In this document: one piece after another, positions 1 through 7,762 of the stretch
Numbering within the stretch: the first letter of the stretch is position 1
Layout of the letters: every line of letters starts with the position of its first letter
DNA from: Clostridia bacterium
GTDB lineage: Bacteria > Bacillota > Clostridia > Oscillospirales > Acutalibacteraceae
DNA: 64,000 nt
Direction of reading: 5' to 3'
Assembly: GCA_017442265.1 (NCBI GenBank)
Contig: JAFSAC010000048.1
Location: 1,191-65,190 of the forward strand
Translations under genes and position numbers: made by a program
Notes under the pieces: model-generated
Databases searched by the model: none
Told to the model about the DNA's origin: nothing
What the model saw: the letters and a program-made list of their open reading frames with translations, nothing else

Positions 1-8
1 ATAGGAGA

Positions 9-374
9 TCACCTCACCTTTGCTAATTTTTCCTGAACCTGAAGATCAATGTACTCACAAACCGCTTGAAACTGTTGATCGATTAAATTGTTTGGTATAC
101 GAACCACCGTTAAACCGAACTGCTCAAGATATTTTGTCCGTTCGGTATCCTTTTCTACGTTGATTTGTTCAAAATGCTGTGATCCGTCCAATTCAATGAT
201 GAGCCGCGCCTGCGCACAATAAAAATCAGCAATATAGTTCCCGATCGGCTTTTGGCGTAAAAACCGAGTAGGGTAGGAGCGAAGAAAATCGTACCATAGC
301 TTTCTCTCCCACGGCGTCATATTCTTTCGAAGCCCCCGCGCGAGAGGGATATTATTTTTATTGTATGGTTTCAT
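9..374 (-). CDS. DUF559 (Vsr-like endonuclease fold) domain protein
   Basis: From ORF 9..404. Start trimmed to the ATG at 374, preceded by AGGAGGG (rc of 378-384). MKPYNKNNIPLARGLRKNMTPWERKLWYDFLR...YIADFYC...IIELDGSQH matches the DUF559 signature as I recall it. The gene is visibly AT-richer than its neighbours. Confidence 0.8.
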   Translation of the reverse strand: MKPYNKNNIPLARGLRKNMTPWERKLWYDFLRSYPTRFLRQKPIGNYIADFYCAQARLIIELDGSQHFEQINVEKDTERTKYLEQFGLTVVRIPNNLIDQQFQAVCEYIDLQVQEKLAKVR

Positions 375-406
375 ATTCCCTCCTAATATAGCGACCCACC
401 ACAACG

Positions 407-456
407 GCTCCCCTTGTCAGGGGAGCTGGCAAAACCGACAGGTTTTGACTGAGGGG
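407..456 (+). repeat. Double-hairpin GC-rich repeat unit (same family as 4612-4677)
   Basis: Hairpin 1 is gctcccct-tgtc-aggggagc. It is followed by tggc-aaaacc-gaca-ggtttt-gac-tgagggg. The architecture matches the 66-nt units but the stem sequences differ. Confidence 0.6.
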
Positions 457-612
457 TAGCCACACTATCCCAGTTACCTATACCCTAAACTAAATGTAAC
501 ACACCCCCCACAAAAAAGCAATCACCAAATAAAAACACCGGGATTTGGTAGGTTTGTACGAACCTTTTTTGGGTAAATCAAAATTATCCTAAAAGAGGAC
601 AAAATTATCCTC

Positions 613-641
613 TTGCAATCCTGGAATATCTTTGCTATAAT
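613..641 (+). promoter_or_regulatory. Predicted sigma-A promoter of the 1130-aa secreted protein gene
   Basis: TTGCAA (613-618), 17-nt spacer, TATAAT (636-641). This leaves a ~155-nt 5' UTR before the ATG at 804. Confidence 0.55.
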
Positions 642-803
642 CATCTTGCATAGGTATAACTATCTCCATTTTTAGGAAGGATCGGTCATGTGGTCCGGAG
701 CAGAAATGGGGTAGGATTGCCTCGTTGCGTGGCGCACCGGCGCGAAAACGGCGCGAAAAAGCGTATCTTTTGTTCCAAATAAAAATATGGGAGGAAAGCA
801 ATA

Positions 804-3800
804 ATGAAACCGAGAAAACTCAGCAAGACCCTTCTCGCGGCAGTTCTGATGCTGTCGCTGCTGGTGTCCGTATTCCCGGGCTTCGGCATCGCGTCCGTTG
901 CTGACGCGGCTACTTGGACTCATTCTTATGATGTCGTTCAGAATACCGACTCTTCTGTCGCGTATGTTGATCAGGCCAATCTGAAGAATGATTTCCAGGT
1001 TTACAAGTATGATTTTACCAATCAGAATCCGTATGCGTATCGCGACGAAAGCCTGACCGCGGTAGCGGGCTACCCGAAGGAAATGAGCGCGGACGATCTT
1101 CGGAACACGACCGGTACTGGATATGACAATGGTTATTTGAATTTTTGTCAAACTTCCAATACCTGGGCGCTGACCAATGTGAACGAAAACGCGAAAGTCT
1201 CTGGCGACTTTGATATGGAAGTCGAAATGGTTTATAACAGAGTCGCACGCGTTGGCTTCCGTTCGATCGTCATCTCTCCGGAAAAAGGCAAGTTCAACCT
1301 TTATTCCGCTGACACTGCCACCGATCCGGTGAACGGTCTGGCCATTACCCTGACCGACAATAATGCCAATCCCCGTATTGGTATTGCCGGCGCCATCGAC
1401 AAGAGCACCGTGGTATATAACAACTGTAATGACCGCGCCAGCGACAGCCAAACTGCCCTCAATAGCGGTTCCTGGGGTGTGTTGACTTCCGCCGGCAAGG
1501 CCAACAGTGTCATGGGCCTTTGTAACGTATCGAATTATAAAGTGGCCCCGGGACAGGGCGGCGAATATGTCCTGCACATTCAGGTGAAGGACGGTGTGGT
1601 GAAGGTTTGGCCCACCAGCAACCCCGATGTGTATGTTCAGGTCAATTTGACTGAAGCTTTCACCGGTGGTTACGTCTCCTTTGCCGGTCACAACGCTGTG
1701 AGCGGTGAGGATTCTGCCAACTTCGATGATAAAGATGGTGCTGCTCTCGTTTCTCTGAAGTGGGAGACCGCTGCGGAAAAAGCGGCGCGGGAAGAAGCGG
1801 TGTTCCAGGCGAAAAACGAGTTTGTATACGGCACTGACGGTGTCTTCGTTCGCAACGAAACCGCGGACAACAAAAGTCGCCTGGATCTCAACCCGGGTTT
1901 TGTGTCCGATTTCCTGGTGTATCGTTGGGAATTCCCGACGAACGGTACCACTTTGAATGGTGCCCCCACCCTCCGCTCCTATTTTGCCAACGGTATGGAG
2001 ATCAGCACCGACAACACCTCTAACAAAGCGAATAACGGCTATGATGCCGGGTACTATAGTTTTGTGCGGGTACAAGCTGACAATGAGAGCAAAACCGACG
2101 GCGGCTACTATGGTGACCTTGAGTGGACCGGCACCGCCAAAACCTCTCAGTTCTTGGCGGCCTACACCCATCGTCGCACCCTCGCCAAGACCGATGACTT
2201 CTACGTAGAAGCTTCCTTCACTGCTGGCGAAGGCGACGACGTGAACACTCAGGCCATTATGATCGCGCCCAAGGGCGAATTTGCGGTCACTCAGGACAAC
2301 GTGGCTGACAAGGGCATTTTGATCTCCCACAACCCCAGCAGCAACTGGGTTTCGGTCGCCGGTGCGATCAAAGACTATGAAGTAACGAACTCTGCTACTA
2401 ATGGCGCCACTTCCGGCAACAACAACCGTTGGGTTGCTGCGGCGACCAACAAGGTGGCGGCGCAGGAGTACCTCGGTGCGGTTCCGACCCGTGATATTCC
2501 TTATATCAACGGCACCACCACCAAGGCCACTGCCTTGATCACCCTCTGCATTGAGGTGAAAGACGGCGTTCTCTCCATCTGGAACAAAGCGGATGGCAGA
2601 ATCGTCATCAAGGCCACTCTGACTGACGATTGGGCAGGCGGAAACGTTTCTTACGTCGGCTCCAACTTCAACCGCGGCTCCTTTGCCGGTCTGAAGTTGT
2701 TGGTCAATCCGACCGAAGCGGCCGACACCTTCGAATATGCGACCGATGCTGACACTCTGCTCGGCTTCAACGGCAAGAGGTATCCCAATAATAATCTCTA
2801 CATTACTATGGAGAATTCGGATGCGATCCTCGCCGATGCGGCGGCGGCCTACGTGGCTGACAACTACGATTTCTACTACACCGATGAAAACGGTGCGGTA
2901 GTGAAGCAGGATGCGGTTGTCGGTGTGGGTGACGGATTTAACGTGAACGCTGCGCAAAGCCGTCCGTATTCCGATTCCTATCTCCGGTTCCGCCGTTCTG
3001 GTGTCGCAATAACCGGTGCGATGGTCCCGACTATGGATACTGCGGTCGGAAACTGTGCTTCCCTCTTCGGCTCCGATTTCTCTGCCAAGGTCGGCTTTAT
3101 CTTTGACCCGGCGGCTGACTTCGGCGATTATCCGCAGCAGGCGCTTCTTGGCTTCCGTATGGGTGCCGCCGGCGACTTTTCTTCCGAGGGCGCATATCTG
3201 AAGGCGACCCGTGGAGCTCTTTCCATTGTGGAAGGTGCGACTGAGACCCAGTTGGTTGATTATTCCGGTCTGGTTGATACTCGTAAGGTTCAAGTTGAGC
3301 TGGACGTCAAGGTGGAAGGTACCGCACTTACCGGCACTCTGACCGTTGGTAAGCAGGTGTATTCGATCACTCACACTCTCACTTATGATGAAGCGGGCTT
3401 CTTTGCCATTGGTGCGCTTAACACTACCTTCGTTGATTCTTCTCTTCTGGAACTCACCCTCGATGAGTATGCTAGTGCTACTACCGCTGCCAACGTGGGC
3501 GACGGCGCTCTGACCGTGAACCGCGCTGACACCGACCGTGCCGGTTACTACAAGTTCATCATCACCGCTACTCCGGATGCCGATGCCGCTCTGAAGGCCG
3601 GTACCCTGATTGCGGAAGATGCTGAGGGCAAAATGGTTCCGAAGCGTGTTGGCTTCCAGACTGAGGAAACTCAGGGCACCCAGTATGTGGTGTACTCCAA
3701 GTCCGACGTTACCGTGGCGGCTACCTTCTACAAGGTCACTGCCGGCGACGAGAACATTGCTAAGATCGGTACTTCCGTGAACACGGCTGCGGAAGGCGAT

Positions 3801-4196
3801 GAAGGTTATGTTGGCGGCGGTCTGCGGTTCGTCTACCATGCGGACATTCATCAGAATGCCCAGGGTAGCCCGTACTACATGACCGTGGACGGCGCTGAGA
3901 AGGAAGTTGCCGACTTTGGCGCGATCGTGGCTCTGAAGAGCACTGCCGACGCTCTGAACGGCGGTCTCTGCTACGAGAACAAGGATGCGGCTTACGTTCA
4001 GTACAGAAGCGTGCTTGACTCCGGCGTCTACTATGACCTGTGCGACAGCTATGCTCAGTTTGCGATCCAGGTCACCAACATCTCCCTGCTGAACGTGGAA
4101 GACGAAGAGATCACCGCTTGCGGTTATATCCTCTTCGCTGACGGCACTGCGGTTTCCACCGATGCCTTCACCACCAGCTACGCTGCTGAGAAATAA
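804..4196 (+). CDS. Large secreted protein with three tandem lectin/jelly-roll-like (LamG/DUF1080-like) modules; function unknown
   Basis: RBS GGGAGGAAAG precedes the ATG. Signal peptide MKPRKLSKTLLAAVLMLSLLVSVFPGFGIASVADA. A three-fold internal pattern recurs: DFxxE ... GIxI ... L.I.VKDGV..VW ... LT..F.GG.VS..G. A strong terminator follows. I saw no LPXTG, SLH or CWB2 motif. Confidence 0.85.
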   Translation: MKPRKLSKTLLAAVLMLSLLVSVFPGFGIASVADAATWTHSYDVVQNTDSSVAYVDQANLKNDFQVYKYDFTNQNPYAYRDESLTAVAGYPKEMSADDLRNTTGTGYDNGYLNFCQTSNTWALTNVNENAKVSGDFDMEVEMVYNRVARVGFRSIVISPEKGKFNLYSADTATDPVNGLAITLTDNNANPRIGIAGAIDKSTVVYNNCNDRASDSQTALNSGSWGVLTSAGKANSVMGLCNVSNYKVAPGQGGEYVLHIQVKDGVVKVWPTSNPDVYVQVNLTEAFTGGYVSFAGHNAVSGEDSANFDDKDGAALVSLKWETAAEKAAREEAVFQAKNEFVYGTDGVFVRNETADNKSRLDLNPGFVSDFLVYRWEFPTNGTTLNGAPTLRSYFANGMEISTDNTSNKANNGYDAGYYSFVRVQADNESKTDGGYYGDLEWTGTAKTSQFLAAYTHRRTLAKTDDFYVEASFTAGEGDDVNTQAIMIAPKGEFAVTQDNVADKGILISHNPSSNWVSVAGAIKDYEVTNSATNGATSGNNNRWVAAATNKVAAQEYLGAVPTRDIPYINGTTTKATALITLCIEVKDGVLSIWNKADGRIVIKATLTDDWAGGNVSYVGSNFNRGSFAGLKLLVNPTEAADTFEYATDADTLLGFNGKRYPNNNLYITMENSDAILADAAAAYVADNYDFYYTDENGAVVKQDAVVGVGDGFNVNAAQSRPYSDSYLRFRRSGVAITGAMVPTMDTAVGNCASLFGSDFSAKVGFIFDPAADFGDYPQQALLGFRMGAAGDFSSEGAYLKATRGALSIVEGATETQLVDYSGLVDTRKVQVELDVKVEGTALTGTLTVGKQVYSITHTLTYDEAGFFAIGALNTTFVDSSLLELTLDEYASATTAANVGDGALTVNRADTDRAGYYKFIITATPDADAALKAGTLIAEDAEGKMVPKRVGFQTEETQGTQYVVYSKSDVTVAATFYKVTAGDENIAKIGTSVNTAAEGDEGYVGGGLRFVYHADIHQNAQGSPYYMTVDGAEKEVADFGAIVALKSTADALNGGLCYENKDAAYVQYRSVLDSGVYYDLCDSYAQFAIQVTNISLLNVEDEEITACGYILFADGTAVSTDAFTTSYAAEK

Positions 4197-4219
4197 GCAG
4201 TAACCAATAGTTCCCACGT

Positions 4220-4257
4220 CGGGGCAGGTCCATTCGGACCTGCCCCGATTTCTTTTT
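4220..4257 (+). terminator. Rho-independent terminator
   Basis: cggggcaggtcc-attc-ggacctgccccg followed by atttcttttt. Confidence 0.85.
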
Positions 4258-4611
4258 GCTCGTTCATATATTCCTATATAATGTAGGGGCGGATTCCATA
4301 TCCGCCCGCAAAATCTGCACAAACCCCGTAGGGACGATGATTATTTATCGGTGCACACCTGGGAGAAAGACCGGAACGGTCTTTCTCGAGACGTTGCTTA
4401 TGCACCTATTGTTAGCACATATTTCGAGCAACGTCGATCGCCCGTTAAAATCCGCACACACCAAAACGGGCGAGCACTGCTCGCCCCTACAAAGATTCTG
4501 CTACCTTTCCGGCGTAATCATGGCTCCCCGCGAGGTTTGTGGCTTCGCCGCAAACTCGACGGACTTTGCTCTGCAAAGTCCACTTGTCAGGTGAGCCAAT
4601 GAGAGCACCCA

Positions 4612-4677
4612 CCCCTTTGCCTCCCTCTGGGAGGGAGGTGGCTTTTGCCGTAGGCAAAAGACGGAGGGAGAGAAAAC
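4612..4677 (+). repeat. 66-nt double-hairpin repeat unit, copy 1
   Basis: cccctttgcctccctctgggagggaggtggcttttgccgtaggcaaaagacggagggagagaaaac. Contains the stems cctccctc/gagggagg and cttttgcc/ggcaaaag. Confidence 0.9.
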
Positions 4678-4750
4678 AAACACTACCCCTCCGCCTCATT
4701 TCATTCGGCACCTCCCCTGACAAGGGGAGGCAAGAGGGGATCTGCAACCG

Positions 4751-4816
4751 CCCCTTTGCCTCCCTCTGGGAGGGAGGTAGCTTTTGCCGTAGGCAAAAGA
4801 CGGAGGGAGAGAAAAC
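4751..4816 (+). repeat. 66-nt double-hairpin repeat unit, copy 2
   Basis: Identical to 4612-4677 except for one base (a at 4779 versus g at 4640). Confidence 0.9.
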
Positions 4817-4865
4817 GTAGGATTCCCCCTCAGGCGTTTATCACCACCAGCTCACCATACCAAGG

Positions 4866-4915
4866 GGAGCCAATGTCAGCACCCACCATATCTGCCTCCC
4901 TTGTGTAAAGGGAGG
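4866..4915 (+). repeat. Variant repeat unit (shared 21-nt head, different hairpin)
   Basis: gagccaatgtcagcacccacc (4866-4886) matches gagccaatgagagcacccacc (4593-4613) at 19 of 21 positions. It is followed by the hairpin cctccctt-gtgta-aagggagg, which occupies the position of cctccctc-tgg-gagggagg. Confidence 0.6.
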
Positions 4916-5039
4916 CGTTAAAATGGCCGATTTCCCGGCAAAACCGTCCATTTCTACAGCAATATAACCAAACACGGTGGAAAACATATCTCCGTTTCGG
5001 GCAAATATGCACAAACTTCAAAAAAATGTCAAAAAACAC

Positions 5040-5068
5040 TTTACAACTTCATCACGCTAAAGTATAAT
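5040..5068 (+). promoter_or_regulatory. Predicted sigma-A promoter of the amino-acid ABC transporter operon
   Basis: TTTACA (5040-5045), 17-nt spacer, TATAAT (5063-5068). Confidence 0.55.
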
Positions 5069-5130
5069 AGAGACATCAACCACGACACAGTGGTAAAAAC
5101 AAAGCCAAAAGGCAAAAGGAGAAAACGATT

Positions 5131-5919
5131 ATGAAAAAGGTATTAGCACTGATTTTTGCAGCTCTGATGATGGTTGGCTGTCTCGCCGGTTGCGGCAACA
5201 ACGCCGACAAGACCGATGTGGAGTACATCAAAGACAAGGGCACCCTGGTTGTCGGTATGACCGACTTTGCTCCGATGGATTACAAGGATGCTAACGGCAA
5301 CTGGATCGGCTTTGATGCGGATCTCGCGAAGGGCTTTGCCGAAGAATTGGGCGTGGAAGTTCAGTTCGTGGAGATCACCTGGGGACAGAAAGCTAACGAG
5401 CTGAAAACCAAGAACATCGATATCGTGTGGAACGGTATGACTCTCACTGACGACGTGAAGGCGCAGATGGATTGCTCGGTTCCGTACTGCCGCAACGCGC
5501 AGGTGGTTGTCATGAAGAAGGATAAAGCGGCGAACTACAAAGATGCCGCTTCGATGAAGGATCTGCAGTTTGCGGTAGAAAACGGCTCTGCCGGTGAAGA
5601 TATGGCCACCGAAAACGGCTTCAAGATCACCGAGGTCGACAAGCAGGCGAAAGCGCTTATGGAAGTGGCTTCCGGCACCTGTGATGCCGCTATCATCGAT
5701 ATGCTCATGGCCGGCGCGATGATCGGCGAGGGCACCGATTACGCTGACCTGACCTATAGCATTGAGCTGAACAGCGAAGAGTACGGTATCGGTATGCGCC
5801 AGGGCTCCGACCTTGTTGAAAAGCTGAACACCTACCTGAAAGCCGCCTCTGCGGACGGCACCATTGCGAAGCTTGCCGAGACCTATAAGATCTCCGACAA
5901 CGTTATGGAGATCAAATAA
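5131..5919 (+). CDS. Amino-acid ABC transporter substrate-binding lipoprotein (family 3 SBP)
   Basis: RBS AAAGGAG. Lipobox L-A-G-C after the signal peptide. GTLVVGMTDFAPMDY...GFDADLAK is typical of polar amino-acid binding proteins. Confidence 0.9.
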   Translation: MKKVLALIFAALMMVGCLAGCGNNADKTDVEYIKDKGTLVVGMTDFAPMDYKDANGNWIGFDADLAKGFAEELGVEVQFVEITWGQKANELKTKNIDIVWNGMTLTDDVKAQMDCSVPYCRNAQVVVMKKDKAANYKDAASMKDLQFAVENGSAGEDMATENGFKITEVDKQAKALMEVASGTCDAAIIDMLMAGAMIGEGTDYADLTYSIELNSEEYGIGMRQGSDLVEKLNTYLKAASADGTIAKLAETYKISDNVMEIK

Positions 5920-5942
5920 AAAAACTTTGCACGAGAACACGG

Positions 5943-5975
5943 GCAGAGAGGTACGAAAAGTACCTCTCTGCTTTT
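5943..5975 (+). terminator. Intra-operon hairpin/terminator after the SBP gene
   Basis: gcagagaggtac-gaaaa-gtacctctctgc followed by tttt. This would allow higher SBP than permease expression. Confidence 0.6.
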
Positions 5976-5998
5976 AGTGCGGTTAGGATAGTATAGCT

Positions 5999-6697
5999 AT
6001 GACAGAACTTATACAAAAAATTATTGAACAATTCCCGGTGGTGGTCGGGTCGCTGAACGAAGGTTTTCTGCAAACGCTGAAATTGTTTGCTATCACCTTG
6101 ATCGGCGCTCTGCCGCTGGGACTTCTCATTTCCTTTTGCTCAAAAAGCAGTTTTGCACCTCTGCGGGCGGTTACCCGTTTCGTTATCTGGATCGTGCGGG
6201 GAAGCCCGTTGATGTTGCAACTGCTGATTATATTCTACGGCCCCGGTCTTATGGGATTTCCTGTGTGGGGCGGCGGTCAATCCGGCCGTTTCTGGGCATC
6301 TGCCGTGGCGTTTATTCTTAACTATGCCTGCTATTTCTCCGAGATATTCCGCAGTGGCATTGAAGGGGTACCGAAAGGTCAGCAGGAGGCCGGGCAGGTG
6401 CTTGGTATGACCCGCGGACAGATCTTCGTGAACGTGACCTTGATGCAGATGATCAAGCGGATCGTCCCGCCGATGTCCAACGAAATTATCACCCTGGTGA
6501 AGGACACTTCCTTAGCGCGGGTAATCGCGTTGCAGGAGCTTATTTGGAACGCGGAGGCGTTCACCACCACCTCCCACGGTATTTCCGGTGCAATCTGGCC
6601 GCTGTTCTTTACCGGTGTCTACTATCTGCTCTTTAACGGTCTGCTCACCTTGTTGCTCGGGCGGCTGGAAAAGAAGCTCAGCTATTTCCAGGTGTAA
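5999..6697 (+). CDS. Amino-acid ABC transporter permease
   Basis: Multi-TM protein with an EAA-type loop (EAGQVLGMTRGQIF...IVPPMSNE), between the SBP and ATPase genes. Confidence 0.9.
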   Translation: MTELIQKIIEQFPVVVGSLNEGFLQTLKLFAITLIGALPLGLLISFCSKSSFAPLRAVTRFVIWIVRGSPLMLQLLIIFYGPGLMGFPVWGGGQSGRFWASAVAFILNYACYFSEIFRSGIEGVPKGQQEAGQVLGMTRGQIFVNVTLMQMIKRIVPPMSNEIITLVKDTSLARVIALQELIWNAEAFTTTSHGISGAIWPLFFTGVYYLLFNGLLTLLLGRLEKKLSYFQV

Positions 6698-6712
6698 GGA
6701 GGGGAGACGAAA

Positions 6713-7501
6713 ATGGCATTTTTAGAGATCAATCATTTAGAAAAGCATTTCGGCTCCACCCGGGTGCTCGAGGACATCAGTTTCACCCTCGAAAAGGGGC
6801 AGGTACTGGCGATTATCGGTTCCTCCGGTAGCGGAAAAACCACCCTTCTCCGTTGTTTAAACTTCCTGGAGACCCCCGATCAAGGGAGTATCACCCTGGA
6901 CGGGAAGGTTCTCTTTGATGCAAATGATCCGGCAACCCGCGCAAAACAGGAGATCCGAAAAAAGCGGTTGCATTTCGGATTGGTGTTCCAATCCTTTAAT
7001 CTTTTTCCGCAGTACACGGCGCTGAAAAACGTAATGCTGGCGAAGGAACTGCTCAAAAAGGAAAGCCCGGATTACAAGGAAAACCGTAAAGCCATTCAAG
7101 AGGAGATTCGCGCCGAAGCGGAAGGGTTACTCGAACGTATGGGACTTTCCGACCGGATGAGTAATTATCCTCAGCAGCTTTCCGGCGGTCAGCAGCAGCG
7201 GGTCGCAATTGCCCGCGCTTTAGCGCTCAGCCCCGACATTCTCTGCTTTGACGAGCCGACTTCTGCCCTCGACCCGGAACTGACCGGCGAGGTTTTGAAG
7301 GTTATTCGCGGACTGAAAGGCAGTGACAGCACCATGATCGTGGTGACCCACGAAATGGAGTTTGCCCGGCACGTGTCCGATAAGGTGATCTTTATGGCGG
7401 ACGGGGTGATTGAGGAAATGGGAACCCCCGAGCAGGTGTTTGATAACCCGCAATCCGAAAAGACCCGTCAGTTTCTCAATAAATCCCGCGAAGAGTATTA
7501 A
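6713..7501 (+). CDS. Amino-acid ABC transporter ATP-binding protein
   Basis: Walker A GSSGSGKTT, signature LSGGQQQRVAIARAL, Walker B ILCFDEPTSALD. Confidence 0.95.
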   Translation: MAFLEINHLEKHFGSTRVLEDISFTLEKGQVLAIIGSSGSGKTTLLRCLNFLETPDQGSITLDGKVLFDANDPATRAKQEIRKKRLHFGLVFQSFNLFPQYTALKNVMLAKELLKKESPDYKENRKAIQEEIRAEAEGLLERMGLSDRMSNYPQQLSGGQQQRVAIARALALSPDILCFDEPTSALDPELTGEVLKVIRGLKGSDSTMIVVTHEMEFARHVSDKVIFMADGVIEEMGTPEQVFDNPQSEKTRQFLNKSREEY

Positions 7502-7508
7502 GCATAAT

Positions 7509-7546
7509 AAAACCCCCGCTGTTCATTCGGACAGCGGGGGTTTTTA
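7509..7546 (+). terminator. Rho-independent terminator
   Basis: acccccgctgt-loop-acagcgggggt followed by a T-run. Confidence 0.85.
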
Positions 7547-7591
7547 TTGGATATGGCGGCATTTTCGGTGATATCGCATTCACCTGTTATA

Positions 7592-7636
7592 GGCCCCCGG
7601 CCTAAAGGGGGCTGTCTGCGGAGCAGACTGGGGGAT
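7592..7636 (+). repeat. Variant double-hairpin repeat unit
   Basis: gccccc-ggcctaaa-gggggc, then tgtctgc-gga-gcagac-t-ggggga. The layout is the same as the other units: G/C hairpin, second hairpin, GAC, G-run. Confidence 0.5.
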
Positions 7637-7649
7637 TTCCTATAATGTT

Positions 7650-7705
7650 TCCCTCTGGGAGGGAGGTGGATTTTGCCGCAGGCAAAAGACGGAGGGAGAG
7701 AAAAA
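7650..7705 (+). repeat. 66-nt-family repeat unit, copy 3 (5'-truncated)
   Basis: tccctctgggagggaggtggattttgccgcaggcaaaagacggagggagagaaaa. It differs from copy 1 at two positions (c to a at 7670 and t to c at 7679). Confidence 0.85.
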
Positions 7706-7737
7706 ATAAAAAACGGGCGGATTTTATATCCGCCCGT
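7701..7737 (-). terminator. Rho-independent terminator of the degV-like gene
   Basis: acgggcggat-tttat-atccgcccgt, with the U-run supplied by the A-run at 7701-7713. The same stem sequence recurs at 4286-4309 without a T-run. Confidence 0.75.
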
Positions 7738-7762
7738 TTGTTCTATTCAAGAAATTTATTAC

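Larger units (their letters stand above)
4258..5030. repeat. Non-coding island packed with short GC-rich hairpins and repeat units
   Basis: About 0.8 kb with no credible ORF. At least ten perfect or near-perfect 8-12 bp stems are present, for example 4286-4309, 4363-4387, 4391-4435, 4439-4468, 4466-4487, 4561-4581, 4711-4730 and 4895-4915. Two 66-nt near-identical units also lie here. Confidence 0.75.

Noticed and set aside
672-4322. A 1216-aa ORF on the minus strand, longer than the plus-strand gene it overlaps.
   Set aside because: It is in the codon-aligned antisense frame of the 804-4196 gene (both triplet phases are 0 mod 3). Its stops would therefore be sense TTA, CTA or TCA codons, which that gene never uses. 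It has no RBS, its product is low-complexity G/V/R/S-rich, and it runs through the sense gene's promoter and terminator. The plus-strand gene has an RBS, a signal peptide and a terminator.
4612-4816. A possible CRISPR array, because of direct repeats with internal palindromes.
   Set aside because: There are only two adjacent copies of 66 nt with a 73-nt interval, which is itself repeat-like. A third copy lies 3 kb away. There are no cas genes and no regular repeat-spacer periodicity.
4256-4820. ORFs of 83-112 aa in the track within the repeat island (4256-4594, 4351-4602, 4487-4747, 4539-4820).
   Set aside because: They overlap each other in different frames, lack RBSs, and are read straight through palindromic repeat units (for example PLPPSGREVAFAVGKRRRE). 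They are better explained as repeat DNA.
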